A stretch of 62,251 bases of DNA, counting the filler. It is 6 parts of 6 records of this genome, joined end to end, with 100 filler letters (N's around TTAATTAATTAA, not from the genome) between each part and the next. Parts side by side here need not be neighbours in the genome. Positions count along the whole stretch, not along the records: positions 34,051 to 47,767 come from SRR31156797_21036; positions 47,868 to 62,251 come from SRR31156797_21041; 4 more parts are not named here. One strand, given 5' to 3'. Below the pieces are notes generated by a model. It did no database searches. It had not been told where the DNA came from and saw only the letters and a list, made by a program, of their open reading frames with translations. Made by a program: the position numbers and the translations under genes. Below are positions 45,955-56,499 of this stretch, one piece after another (the stretch's first letter is position 1; the number at the start of each line of letters is the position of its first letter).

Positions 45955-47214
45955 TTACCTCGTTATATTCAATAATTCCTGAAGCATCTCATCTACGGTG
46001 GAAATGACCCGCGAATTCGCCGAATAACCATTCTGGATGGTTATCAGATCAACAAATTCGTTGGAAAGATCCACATTGGACAGCTCTAATGATTGAGTTA
46101 CCAAAGTCCCCTGTGACTCTCCGGGGTAGCCTACGGTAGGAGAACCCGACTCAGAAGTGGCAAAAAAGAGTGAACCACCTGCCTGATCGAGGCCATCCGG
46201 GTTTGCAAATGTAGCTAAGGAAAGAACACCGGCTGGAATTGCTTTATTATTTGAATACAGGACATTAACAGTGCCATCCGATTCAATGGAGACGTCGGTT
46301 ACCTCGCCAGGTGGGTAACCGTCTTTATCTTGGGCAAAAACGGTAGAGTTGCTATCAAACTGAGTGGTTTCAAAATTATAGGTAATAACTTGAGCTGGGT
46401 CTGATCCATTGTTCCATGCAAGCGCATCGGTTATACCAACATCGCCTGCAGTGAGATTTCCATCTTCATCAAAAGTAAGGACACCGTTACCGACCAGCGT
46501 CTGATCTTCGACCCCGCCTGCAAGTAAATCCGCACTATCTACAGCTATGTTATACTCCCAAGTGAGGTCAGCTGTTTTCGAATAGTAGCAAGTGGCATTA
46601 TGTGCAGTCCCAAGAGTGTCATATACGGTGGCAGTGGTTGAATAATTCGATGTTTCAGCTGGCAACGCAATGTCAAAAGCCGCAGGTATTTCAGCACTTG
46701 CATTAAGGTTGGTCTGGAGAAACACATTTTCCGTTTCCTGAGCTGCCACCTGGGTTACAAGGTCTAACTGGATATCACCTATTACGCCTTCAACTAATTC
46801 ACCATTTTCATTGTAGGGAGCCCCTTGAACACGATACCCATCGGCAGTCACAAGAAACCCTTCTGAATCAAAGGAGAACGATCCATTACGGGTATAAGAC
46901 ATGGTCTCATTATCAGAAGAGCTTACTATGAAAAAGCCATCTCCCTCGATAGCGACATCGGTTGCATTGCCGGTTGATTCGAAACCTCCCTGGGTGAAAG
47001 TGGCCTGAACAGACTGCACCTGAGTGCCCCTTCCAACCTGTGAATTGCCGCTGGAACTTGCTATATTTTCTGCCAGTAAATCGGAAAAAATAGTAGAGCT
47101 CCCCTTGTAGCCGACAGTATTACTGTTAGCTATATTGTTTCCAGTTACCGTCATTGCCTGGGAGTTGCTCTGCAGGCCGCTGGTAGCAGTATAGAGTGAA
47201 CTTGAAAGTCCCAT
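45955..47214 (-). CDS. flgE: flagellar hook protein
   Basis: GNNIANSNTVGYK, QVGRG, DVAIEGDGFF, YTRNGSF, LELSNVDLSNEF. Confidence 0.95.
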   Translation of the reverse strand: MGLSSSLYTATSGLQSNSQAMTVTGNNIANSNTVGYKGSSTIFSDLLAENIASSSGNSQVGRGTQVQSVQATFTQGGFESTGNATDVAIEGDGFFIVSSSDNETMSYTRNGSFSFDSEGFLVTADGYRVQGAPYNENGELVEGVIGDIQLDLVTQVAAQETENVFLQTNLNASAEIPAAFDIALPAETSNYSTTATVYDTLGTAHNATCYYSKTADLTWEYNIAVDSADLLAGGVEDQTLVGNGVLTFDEDGNLTAGDVGITDALAWNNGSDPAQVITYNFETTQFDSNSTVFAQDKDGYPPGEVTDVSIESDGTVNVLYSNNKAIPAGVLSLATFANPDGLDQAGGSLFFATSESGSPTVGYPGESQGTLVTQSLELSNVDLSNEFVDLITIQNGYSANSRVISTVDEMLQELLNITR

Positions 47215-47273
47215 TTGTACCTCCTGGGTAATCGTGCCCTTTGCCCTTTCTTTGTTACGGCTGGAGAAAGATC

Positions 47274-47394
47274 ATATCGACCACGATTCAGTACCCTTAT
47301 ATTCATATGCCGCAGCAATCCCTGCCGGTATCATCCATCCTGGAATTAGGGGCGTTCCCTACAATGTATATCGACAAGGCACTTGCCTAATTTT
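47274..47394 (-). promoter_or_regulatory. two candidate sigma28-type -10 elements upstream of flgE
   Basis: Minus-strand GTCGATAT at 47274-47281 and 47368-47375, each with an A-rich tetramer 15 nt upstream; -35 matches are weak. Confidence 0.35.
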
Positions 47395-47767
47395 GTTGCT
47401 ATTACGTAATGTTAGTATTGAATGCGTGGCAATTTCGTAACAGTGCGTAGCAAACGTAACAAAATGTCAAAGATAGAATTTTAAAGATGAAAAAGATTCA
47501 GGGTATGCTGCCAGCTGACTGAAAATGCGAAAAATATTTCAGGCAAACATTTGAATAGATGGAAAAACAATGATGAAAGTTTCAATAAACTTGAGAGAAA
47601 TATTACCGGGAACAACATGAAGTACACGAACCGCAAACTGTGCCACAGCCAAGCAATGAATAGTGACCGGGACCGTTTTATTTGGAAGGGAGAGGTATGA
47701 TGAGTAAAATGGGATGATTACCCCCCCAAATAAATAATGCATTCATAAGTAGAATTTTCCATTAAAG

Positions 47768-47867
47768 NNNNNNNNNNNNNNNNNNNNNNNNNNNNNNNNN
47801 NNNNNNNNNNNTTAATTAATTAANNNNNNNNNNNNNNNNNNNNNNNNNNNNNNNNNNNNNNNNNNNN
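47768..47867. other. artificial contig spacer
   Basis: N44-TTAATTAATTAA-N44. Confidence 0.99.
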
Positions 47868-48047
47868 AATCAGGAGATAGCCCCGATCCGGTTGTTCCGC
47901 ACCAAAAATCAACCTCAGAAGCGTTGTTTTTCCCGCACCGCTGGGGCCTGTTACAAAAACAAATTCCCCTTTCGTAATCCTGAGATTTATATCGTCCAGA
48001 GCAACATGAGGACCATATTTTTTAAACAGGTGAAAGAGTTGAATCAT
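47868..48047 (-). CDS. ftsE: cell-division ABC ATPase FtsE, 3' truncated
   Basis: MIQLFH..KKY...[21 protein letters not shown]. Confidence 0.75.
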
Positions 48048-49373
48048 CTAATAAGTGCCCATTGCTCTGAAAAGCCTTGCCCGGGCCAGATGGTAGTCAA
48101 AGAGCGCACTAAAATGGTTGACCCTCGCCCGGGTCAGGTACCGCTGCGCATCCAGGACTTCGGTGGAGGTACTGACCTGGGCTTTGTAACGCTCCTGACT
48201 CACCCTCAGGTTCTCCTCTCCCTGCTCCACCGCCTTTTTTGTGATGGGAATGTTCTCCTCGGCGGTTTTGAGATCTAAAACAGCATCTTTTATTTGAAGT
48301 TGTATCTGCTCCTCCAACTCCATTTTGGTCTTGAGGACTTCATTTTTCACGCTTTGCTGCTGCTTCACATTATAATAAGTCTTTCCCCACTCCCAAAAGG
48401 TCCATTCCAACCCTACGGCCGCCTCCCAGTTACTGGCTTGATGAAATTCACCGCCTGACACTGAAGCCGTATCCCCCTGCTTGATATAATCCCACGTAAA
48501 AACCACTTCAGGATAAAATTTACTTCTGCTTAACCGGATTTGCTGATCCGTCTGAAGGATGTTGACATCCATCAGCTTCATTTCAGGCCGGTTTTTAAAG
48601 GCAATTTCCACGTATTCTTGAAAATTACCCTTTTCCGGGTTATGCACGCTGATTTCTTCGACTTCCACCTCCGCATTTACAGGCCTGGACAGAACCGCAT
48701 TGAAATTGGACCGTGCCAGTCTGGCCTGATTCCTGGCGGACGTCAGATCATGTTTGGAATTACTGGCGTTAACCTCCGATTCCAGCAGGTCATTGATGGG
48801 GATCATCCCCACCTTGTAGAAATTACGGGCCACTTCCGCATGCCCTTCCAGGGCTTCCGCGGCTTTCTCGGCGGTCTCCACCGCCATGTCCGCCGTGAGG
48901 ATATTGAAATAGGCAGCCTTGGCCTCAAGGGCCAGGTCCAACTCCTGGGTCTGAACCTCCAACTGAGATTGATCAATACCCAATTCCGAAAGCCGGTAGG
49001 CGCTGAGAATGGCAAACCCGGTAAAAATCGGTTGGGTGACCCTTCCAGTCCATTGGTAATTGTTTTGGCTTCCGATGGGTATCGGCCCACCCAGGCTCGG
49101 AAAAAAGACCTCCTGTTCAAAGCCGTACCGTTTGTATCCATAGGTGGTACTCAATTTCGGCAGAAAATCCGCCCGAGCCTGGTTCTTTACATACTCAGCC
49201 TGATTGATCTGTTCCTTCTTCGCCTTCAACTTCCAGTTGTTCTCCAGGGCCTCTTTGACACATTGATCCAGCGTATAGACCTTTGTTTCAGCGGCCGAAT
49301 CCCGGTTTGAAAAACAAAGGGTGGATAGCAGACAAATGGTCCATAGCGTTATGAACCAGCCTTTATGTCTCAT
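48048..49373 (-). CDS. TolC-family outer membrane channel
   Basis: Signal peptide, TLDQCV..ALEN, QPIFTG, AYFNIL, ERYKAQ.STSTEVLDAQ; RBS GGAGGA before ATG 49373. Confidence 0.9.
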   Translation of the reverse strand: MRHKGWFITLWTICLLSTLCFSNRDSAAETKVYTLDQCVKEALENNWKLKAKKEQINQAEYVKNQARADFLPKLSTTYGYKRYGFEQEVFFPSLGGPIPIGSQNNYQWTGRVTQPIFTGFAILSAYRLSELGIDQSQLEVQTQELDLALEAKAAYFNILTADMAVETAEKAAEALEGHAEVARNFYKVGMIPINDLLESEVNASNSKHDLTSARNQARLARSNFNAVLSRPVNAEVEVEEISVHNPEKGNFQEYVEIAFKNRPEMKLMDVNILQTDQQIRLSRSKFYPEVVFTWDYIKQGDTASVSGGEFHQASNWEAAVGLEWTFWEWGKTYYNVKQQQSVKNEVLKTKMELEEQIQLQIKDAVLDLKTAEENIPITKKAVEQGEENLRVSQERYKAQVSTSTEVLDAQRYLTRARVNHFSALFDYHLARARLFRAMGTY

Positions 49374-49596
49374 CTGATACTCCTCCAAAACAATCCATAT
49401 GGTATTGACGCTTAAATATGGGTATTCATTAAAACAAGGTCTTAAATATGTCAATGCAAACTTTAAACTCAAGACTCTCAACCCTTTATAGTATTTTGTC
49501 TTGACGAAATACTAAAATGATGTAAAAAGTTGCTGACGTTTCCCATGGAAGGCGGTATTTTTCTTGAACGGCACTCAAGGCATGGAGAATTTCAAA

Positions 49597-50946
49597 ATGG
49601 CCTCTACAGCAAGATCAAAAGCGATGCTCCTGGTTCCCCTGGTGTTGCTTCTGTTTGGAGTCGGCGCCCTGGCCATGAAGCGGGTGGAAGACCAAGCGCA
49701 GAAAAAAGCCAACCTTAAAAACGAAACGCCACGCCCCCTTTCCGTACGTTGCATCAGAGCCATATCCGGCCCCATTCAGGCCCTGGTTTTCGGAGAAGGA
49801 ACAGCCCGGGCCGTTCGCCGTGAATTTCTGACCTTTGAACACCAGGGAAAAATCACTTATGTCAAATTAAACGAGGACGGCCAGACCGTGCGCGCAGGCG
49901 ACCGGGTTCAGGGACCCAAAGAAGGGGAAAATCTTGGCGAGATCCTGGCATCTCTGGATAAAAGGGAGCATCTGGAACAGTTGAAAGTCTCAGGATCCAA
50001 TCTGGTGGAAAGCGAGCAACAGGTCAATATCGCACGCTCCCAAATCGGCGAAGCGAAAGCGCAACTGCAGCTGGCCGAAGACAATCTCAAACGCCATGAA
50101 AAACTCTACCGGGTGAAGGCCATCTCCAGATACGAGCTGGATGTTGCACGCACCCGGGCCAAAACGGCACGGGCTGCCGTCACATCCGCAAAAGCCAGGC
50201 TGGGGGCGGCACAATCCGGAGTAAAGGCCGCCCAGGCCCGCATGAAACAGGCGCGGCTCCCCATGGAACGTACCAGCATCTATGCGCCATTTGACGGAAT
50301 CCTCACCTTCGTAAACATCAACAAAGGGGATTACTTTGCACCCAATCTCATTAACAGCAGCAGCGAGGAAGCCCTGCTTAAAACCATCCCCATGGTGGTC
50401 ATTGACCCCACACAATTTGAAGTCACCATGGAACTCCCTTATTTCGAGGGTGCCCTGGTTCGACCGGGACAACCGGCCATTATCATCACCTCCGCCGATA
50501 TGATACCTTCTCCCGAGGACCTTCAACCGGGAAAACCTTTATTAAAGGAAGGGGTGATGCGGGGAACGGTTTTCTCGGTGAGTCCGGCCATCAGCCCGGG
50601 AGGACGTGCCATTCAGATCAAAGTCAGAACCGAAAAAGGTCCTCAAAACATTCGGGACGGCATGTTCGTCACCTGCTGGATAGTCGTTGCGGAAAAGGCG
50701 GACGCTGTGGTGGTCCCTTATGATGTCTTCGTTTACCGGAACAACAAACCCTATGTGTTCGTTGTTGACCCGGCAGAGGGGCGCGTTGAACAGCGACAGG
50801 TGGTTGAAGGCATTGCCGGCCTTTCAACGGAGGAAATCCTTGAGGGGGTCCGGACAGGTGAATTGCTGGTCAATGATGGACGGCATCGCCTCAGCAATGG
50901 GGCACCCGTGACGGTAATAGAAATCGTCGGAGAAAGCCAAAAATGA
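49597..50946 (+). CDS. RND efflux periplasmic adaptor subunit
   Basis: N-terminal anchor, alpha-hairpin, IYAPFDG, VSPAI, GMFV. Start uncertain (49582 or 49597). Confidence 0.9.
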   Translation: MASTARSKAMLLVPLVLLLFGVGALAMKRVEDQAQKKANLKNETPRPLSVRCIRAISGPIQALVFGEGTARAVRREFLTFEHQGKITYVKLNEDGQTVRAGDRVQGPKEGENLGEILASLDKREHLEQLKVSGSNLVESEQQVNIARSQIGEAKAQLQLAEDNLKRHEKLYRVKAISRYELDVARTRAKTARAAVTSAKARLGAAQSGVKAAQARMKQARLPMERTSIYAPFDGILTFVNINKGDYFAPNLINSSSEEALLKTIPMVVIDPTQFEVTMELPYFEGALVRPGQPAIIITSADMIPSPEDLQPGKPLLKEGVMRGTVFSVSPAISPGGRAIQIKVRTEKGPQNIRDGMFVTCWIVVAEKADAVVVPYDVFVYRNNKPYVFVVDPAEGRVEQRQVVEGIAGLSTEEILEGVRTGELLVNDGRHRLSNGAPVTVIEIVGESQK

Positions 50947-53900
50947 CCCGGCAAACATTACCACCTGAAACCGAACCCCATGGGCCATCGAAACATCCGC
51001 CTTCCGGCCGCGATCCTATTCCCCCCGTAATGCGGTTCTTTTTCATTCGTCCCATCTTTGCCATCCTTCTCACATTCCTGCTGGTGGCTTCCGGTCTTAT
51101 GGCGTATCAGTCCATTGTCAAGGAGGCGGCGCCGGATCTGGCCATTCCCCAGGCCATCGTACAGACGGAATGGATCGGAGCGGATCCTGAAACCATAGAA
51201 AAGCAGGTGACCAACCAGATTGAAAAAAAAATCAAATCCATAAAGGGCCTCAAGCGGATCCGTAGCGCCTCCTTTAATTCTTTTTCCGTAATCGCGGTGG
51301 AGTTTACCCCATCGGCGGACCTCATGGAATCCATGCAGATTCTGCGGGAAAAAGTACGGGATGCGGAACCGGATCTGCCCAAGGATTCAAAAAAGCCCAA
51401 GATTGAACAGGTTTCCGTGGACGACACCCCCATGTTGACCATTGCCCTGTTCGGTGAGGTGGATCCCATCATTATCGGAAATGCCGCAAAATATCTCAAA
51501 GATCGTTTGGAAAAAATCCCCGGGGTAAAAAAGGTTGATCTGGGCGGAAGACGCAAAGAAGTGGTCCAGATTCTGCTGGATCCGGACCGTTTGGTGGCTC
51601 TGGGCATTTCCCCCACAACGGTTCGGGACAAGATTCGGACGGCTAATCTGGACATGCCCTGGGACAAAATTGAAAGCGATGAGATCGGGGCCACCATCAG
51701 GCTGTATGGACGCTTTAGAGATGTCAAAGACCTTGCCCGACTCCCGGTATCCCGATTGAGCGCCGGCCGCGTGGTCCGGCTTGACGAAATCGGGGATGTC
51801 CACCGGGACCTGGAAAGGGAAAAATCTCAGGTCTCCGTCAGTTGGACCGGGTCTGAATTTGCCACGTCCATTGACCTGTCGGTCATGAAGGTTCCGGGGG
51901 TGGACACCCTCAAAACCATTGAACGGATTAAATCAACCCTGAAACAGGAGTTTGAAGGTCCCGGGGTGCCGTACGGCCTCAACTACAGCATTACCTCCGA
52001 TCAGTCGGAATTCATCTGGGAAAAACTGAGGGATGTCTTCAACAACGGCTGGCAGGCCATGCTTTCCGTCTTTGTGGTCCTCTTCTTCCTCCTTTCATGG
52101 CGCGAGGCCCTGGTAGCGGGACTCTCCATTCCCGTGACATTCTTAGGGGCCCTTTCTCTCGTCAGCCTCCTGGGATACAGCCTCAACGAAATGGTGATCA
52201 TCGGTATGGTCATTGCGCTGGGCCTTCTGGTGGATGTCTTCATCCTCATGATGGAAGGGATGCACGACGGCATCTTCCTGGAAAATCTGCCGTTCGGTCA
52301 ATCCGCCGTTAAAACGGTTAAAACCTACGCCATGCCGGCCTTTGCGGGCCAGGCCACCACGATCCTGGCCATGGTTCCCCTTTTCGGCATCGGCGGGATC
52401 GATGGCAAATTCATCCGCATTATTCCGGTAACGGCCATCTGTTGTCTTGTACTCAGTTTCGTCATAGCACTCTTTGTGGACATCCCCCTTTCCCGGGCGG
52501 TTTTCAGAAACATTAAAAAGGATGCCCCCAAAAGCCGAATCGACCGCATCACCGAGGTTGCATCCAAGCGGTTGTGTAACTGGAGCCTGGCGGTAACCGT
52601 TCGAAACAAAGGGACGGCGCTTGCGGTCACGGGCATTACGGTGGCACTCCTGATTTTGTCGTTGATGGGGGTGGGGCTTCTGCCCAGCACACTCTATCCC
52701 AAGGGGGACGGGCGGAACCTGGGAATTACCGTGGAATTGGCGCCAGGTACGACGCTTTCCCGTTCACGGATGGTGGCCCATGACCTTGGCGAAATTCTCC
52801 GATCAAAACCGTATCTTCAAAGCGTCGTTAAATTCGTGGGTCAAAAAAGCCCGCTTTCGCGCAACTCCATTGCCGAATCCCTCATGCCTTTCAAGGACAG
52901 TGCCTATATCGGATTTTCATGTATTTTTAAACCGTTGGATGACAGGGAAAAAATGGCCTTCCAGTACCTGGAAGATCTCCGTTTTGAACTGACCCGGGCA
53001 CTTCACCCCTACCCCGGCAGCACCCTGGTGTTTACACCCCAGACAGGGGGGTCCTCCACCGAAGACCCCATCCAGATCCAGCTGTCAGGCGACGACATGG
53101 AAATCCTGCGCCACATGTCCCGGGAAGTACAGAGCGCTCTCACGAAAATCCCGGGGGCATCGGATGTGCGCGATAACCTGGGGCCTTCCCGTTTCGACAT
53201 TAAACTCCTCCCCAAGCGAGAGGCCATGGACTTTCATAAAATCGATCAGAGCGACCTTGCCTATCAGGTAAGATTTGCCATGACCGATGATGAAATCGGA
53301 AAATTCCCTTTGGAAGGAACCGAAGAGGATCTGGAAATTCATTTGGGCCTGGCGTGGCCGAGCCGCAAAGGACTTCCGGGGGGACCCACCCGCATTGAAG
53401 AAATGGGACTGATTCGACCTTTCAAACCCGACGGCCGGACCGTCTCCCTTTTCTCCATCCTGGATCCCGTACTGGGCGAGGCACCGCTTTCCATCACCCA
53501 TCAGGGGGGGCAACGTTCCGTGACCGTCATGAGCAAAACCAACCATCGAACGGTGAACGAAATATTATCGGATCTTACACCGGTCCTGAAAAAACTAAAG
53601 ACGGACTGGCCCGCAGGGTATGATTACCATTTCGGTGGAGAAGCGGAATCGGCCGCTGAAACCTATTCATCCGCCGGAAAAATGTTTTTCGTGGCCATCT
53701 TTCTGGTCTTTGCCCTTCTGGCCCTTCAATTCGGCTCCTTTGTCCAACCCTTTATTATCATGTTATCCCTTCCCTTTGCCATGATCGGAACATTCGGCGG
53801 TTTTTTTCTGGCCTGGATTCCCTTTTCTTTTCCGGCAATGATCGGCATCATCGCTCTTGTGGGTATTGTGGTCAATGATGCCATTGTCATGATCGAAACC

Positions 53901-54161
53901 ATGAACAAACACCGAAAAGCGGGACTTTCCGTGCGCGAAGCGGCCGCCAGGGGCGCGGCGGACCGCTTAAGACCCATTGTGAGCACCACCATTACGACTG
54001 TGGTGGGTCTGATCCCCCTTTCCCTGAGCAGCCCCATGTGGATGCCGCTCTGCAATGCCATCATATTCGGGCTGATCTCCGCCACCCTGATCTCCCAGTT
54101 GGTCGTCCCCTGTCTTTATCTGCTCCTGACCCCGAGCAAACCCTCGGCAGCCACATCGTAA
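50943..54161 (+). CDS. RND efflux permease (AcrB/MdtB-like)
   Basis: 1072 aa, FIRPIFA, GADPETIE..VT..IE, RLRPI..TT.TTV.GL.PL. Confidence 0.93.
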   Translation: MTRQTLPPETEPHGPSKHPPSGRDPIPPVMRFFFIRPIFAILLTFLLVASGLMAYQSIVKEAAPDLAIPQAIVQTEWIGADPETIEKQVTNQIEKKIKSIKGLKRIRSASFNSFSVIAVEFTPSADLMESMQILREKVRDAEPDLPKDSKKPKIEQVSVDDTPMLTIALFGEVDPIIIGNAAKYLKDRLEKIPGVKKVDLGGRRKEVVQILLDPDRLVALGISPTTVRDKIRTANLDMPWDKIESDEIGATIRLYGRFRDVKDLARLPVSRLSAGRVVRLDEIGDVHRDLEREKSQVSVSWTGSEFATSIDLSVMKVPGVDTLKTIERIKSTLKQEFEGPGVPYGLNYSITSDQSEFIWEKLRDVFNNGWQAMLSVFVVLFFLLSWREALVAGLSIPVTFLGALSLVSLLGYSLNEMVIIGMVIALGLLVDVFILMMEGMHDGIFLENLPFGQSAVKTVKTYAMPAFAGQATTILAMVPLFGIGGIDGKFIRIIPVTAICCLVLSFVIALFVDIPLSRAVFRNIKKDAPKSRIDRITEVASKRLCNWSLAVTVRNKGTALAVTGITVALLILSLMGVGLLPSTLYPKGDGRNLGITVELAPGTTLSRSRMVAHDLGEILRSKPYLQSVVKFVGQKSPLSRNSIAESLMPFKDSAYIGFSCIFKPLDDREKMAFQYLEDLRFELTRALHPYPGSTLVFTPQTGGSSTEDPIQIQLSGDDMEILRHMSREVQSALTKIPGASDVRDNLGPSRFDIKLLPKREAMDFHKIDQSDLAYQVRFAMTDDEIGKFPLEGTEEDLEIHLGLAWPSRKGLPGGPTRIEEMGLIRPFKPDGRTVSLFSILDPVLGEAPLSITHQGGQRSVTVMSKTNHRTVNEILSDLTPVLKKLKTDWPAGYDYHFGGEAESAAETYSSAGKMFFVAIFLVFALLALQFGSFVQPFIIMLSLPFAMIGTFGGFFLAWIPFSFPAMIGIIALVGIVVNDAIVMIETMNKHRKAGLSVREAAARGAADRLRPIVSTTITTVVGLIPLSLSSPMWMPLCNAIIFGLISATLISQLVVPCLYLLLTPSKPSAATS

Positions 54162-54243
54162 ATGCGATTTTTTTCTGCCGGGTCAGAAAGGTTTGCTAAA
54201 ATATGGATTTGCTGCAACCAGAACAAAAAGGGAGAACGTCAAA

Positions 54244-54999
54244 ATGATCCAATTCTTAAGCATCCGATTTAAGTTCAGGACCCTTCTCATATTATTGTTC
54301 ACCCTTGCCATAACGGATCCTATATTGAAGCAGTTCGGCAATTACGGCCTGATGTTTCTGGACATCATTTTCACCGTGGCACTTCTAACGGCCCTCTATT
54401 CCGTGAGCAGCAACAGACGTATCCTGATTGCAGGCATCATTCTGGTCGCCCCTATTTTCATTCTGGGCCTGTCAAACTACGCCAAAACCGATTTTTATCT
54501 GACCCTTCTGGTCTATACCCTAGGCATTACCTTTTTCGGGCTTGTGAGCATATCCATCCTCATTCATATCATGGCGGAAGAGAGGGTTACGGTGGATCTC
54601 ATCTACGGTTCGGCATGCGTCTACCTTCTCATCGGCTTTGCGTGGGCCATTTTTTACGGTTTCATTGAAGTACTTTTGCCGGGGTCTTTCCAAATAGCCG
54701 GAAAGGTTATGGGACGTCCGGAATCGCTGGGGCAGTACAGTTTTTTAAATGAAAACCTGGCCTACTTCAGCTTCATCACCCTGACCACCCTTGGGTATGG
54801 CGATATCACCCCTCTCACCGGGCCTGCCAAAACAGCTTCGGCCCTTGAAGCCATCGTGGGCCAGCTCTACATCGCCCTTCTGGTGGCGCGGCTCGTGGGG
54901 CTTCAGATCTCGCAATCCATGGAATCCAAAAGGGATCAGAATAAAACAGGAAAAGACTGCATACCGCTTCTGGAAAAAAATCGAACCAAGAAAAAATGA
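54244..54999 (+). CDS. potassium channel family protein
   Basis: Multiple TM helices; selectivity filter YFSFITLTTLGYGDITP. Confidence 0.9.
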   Translation: MIQFLSIRFKFRTLLILLFTLAITDPILKQFGNYGLMFLDIIFTVALLTALYSVSSNRRILIAGIILVAPIFILGLSNYAKTDFYLTLLVYTLGITFFGLVSISILIHIMAEERVTVDLIYGSACVYLLIGFAWAIFYGFIEVLLPGSFQIAGKVMGRPESLGQYSFLNENLAYFSFITLTTLGYGDITPLTGPAKTASALEAIVGQLYIALLVARLVGLQISQSMESKRDQNKTGKDCIPLLEKNRTKKK

Positions 55000-55838
55000 G
55001 TCGGCATAAAACCATGGCTTCAAGGCCTTACGAGAATCTTTATATCTATTTAATAAACGGCGCCCTAACGCAATCCGATGAAAACGCTTTGGACGATGCG
55101 TTCATCGGAAACTGGGTGGAGGAAAAGAGCGCATTTCTGTTCTTCTCAGCCCCCGCGGAAAAACAGGTCGAAGGGTTACTGAAACGCAGGCGGGAACTGC
55201 GTCTTGAGGACAGCTTTCATTTTACCTATGAAGACTGGCAGGGAGGCGGATTGGATACGCTTAAAATCGGGCCGTTCCTGGTGGTTCCGCCCTGGCTGGA
55301 AACGCCTGAAACGGAAGGGTCCATCAAAATCCTGCTGGATCCCGGGGTGGTCTTCGGCAACTGCCTGCATCCCACAACCAGAACCTGTCTGGAAGCGCTT
55401 TCCATGGTGGCGGGACAATCCAGCTTGGGCCATGTGCTCGATTTGGGAACGGGAACCGGCATTCTGGCCATCGCCGCGGTCCTGTTGGGCGCTGACGAGG
55501 CTCTGGCGGTGGATTTCAACCCCCTTTGCGTCAAAACCGCCGCCGGGAACATTGAACTCAATGGACTGGGGGATCGGATGAAGGCCGTTTGGGGAAAAGC
55601 GGAAGATTTTGCAGAAGAAAGCACTGACCTGGTGGTCGCCAACATTCAGCATGAGGTAATCCGGGATTTCTTAACCAAAAACGCCCTTTCCGGACCGAAA
55701 ACCCTGATCATTTCAGGCCAGATGCGGAGTCAATCCAGGGTTCTAAAAATGCAGCTGGGACGGCTGGGATATGACACCGTGAGGGAATGGGACCATGACA
55801 TGACCTGGTTTACCGTCCTGGCAAAAAAAGTCCCCTGA
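54996..55838 (+). CDS. prmA: PrmA-like (ribosomal protein L11) methyltransferase
   Basis: DPGVVFG...HPTT..CL, VLDLGTGTGILAI, DLVVANI; N-terminal domain divergent. Confidence 0.7.
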   Translation: MSRHKTMASRPYENLYIYLINGALTQSDENALDDAFIGNWVEEKSAFLFFSAPAEKQVEGLLKRRRELRLEDSFHFTYEDWQGGGLDTLKIGPFLVVPPWLETPETEGSIKILLDPGVVFGNCLHPTTRTCLEALSMVAGQSSLGHVLDLGTGTGILAIAAVLLGADEALAVDFNPLCVKTAAGNIELNGLGDRMKAVWGKAEDFAEESTDLVVANIQHEVIRDFLTKNALSGPKTLIISGQMRSQSRVLKMQLGRLGYDTVREWDHDMTWFTVLAKKVP

Positions 55839-55848
55839 ATATGGGCAT

Positions 55849-56256
55849 CTAGCCCGCCTTCTCCTCCAGCGAAACAACCAACGGAATCACATGCAGCTGC
55901 CGGGACATTTCCCGGGTGGCCCCCAACTCCCAGCCGGCACACTGATAATCCCCATTCAACCGACTTTCAATTTCGCCCACCAGACCCTTTACATTGATCA
56001 CCGGATGTCGCTTGAAAACCTGTGGAAGCCCGTAGGTAAGATTACAGGCCAGACATCTGCCCGGGCGTTCCCGCAATTGAAATTCAAAATGGAGTTCCTT
56101 TCCACGATGTCCCTTGAAAACCAGCCCGATGTCAAAGGCACCCTCCGATGCATCTCCGAACAGAGATTCAAAAAACTCATCGGCCCGCCCATGAGGAAAG
56201 AGCCCCTCAAGATCATCCCCGCTGAAAAAATCTTTCAATTCGCCATTTACCGTCAT
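55849..56256 (-). CDS. conserved hypothetical CxxC protein
   Basis: FF..LFGD..EGA.DI and RPGRCLACNLTYGLPQVF.RHP pattern, which I recognise from Desulfobacterota. Confidence 0.75.
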   Translation of the reverse strand: MTVNGELKDFFSGDDLEGLFPHGRADEFFESLFGDASEGAFDIGLVFKGHRGKELHFEFQLRERPGRCLACNLTYGLPQVFKRHPVINVKGLVGEIESRLNGDYQCAGWELGATREMSRQLHVIPLVVSLEEKAG

Positions 56257-56499
56257 AAATCCGCTCCAAAAACGATAATCTAATCCATAAACAGTTTATA
56301 TCTAACACAAAAGGTCTCCAAAGCGAACAAAAAAAGAACACTTTCAGGAAAGTGCCCTTCCTTTTTCGGTGGAAACAGGCGAAGCATTCTTGACTTTCCC
56401 GGACATCCGACGGTAATAGAGATAAACTTTGCAGATTAAAATCTCATACGGTTGGCACACTGGAGAAACGTCAGCAACCCAACCCACTCAGGTACCTTT

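Noticed and set aside
47400-47767. Short ORFs upstream of flgE (47234-47440, 47539-47742)
   Set aside because: No convincing RBS or motif; likely regulatory or non-coding DNA at the contig end.
13403-47867. Five copies of TTAATTAATTAA, and composition jumps that look like genomic islands
   Set aside because: They are identical artificial N-padded spacers. Adjacent segments are separate contigs, so no cross-junction linkage or horizontal transfer can be inferred, and ORFs containing X runs or ending in LIN are artefacts.
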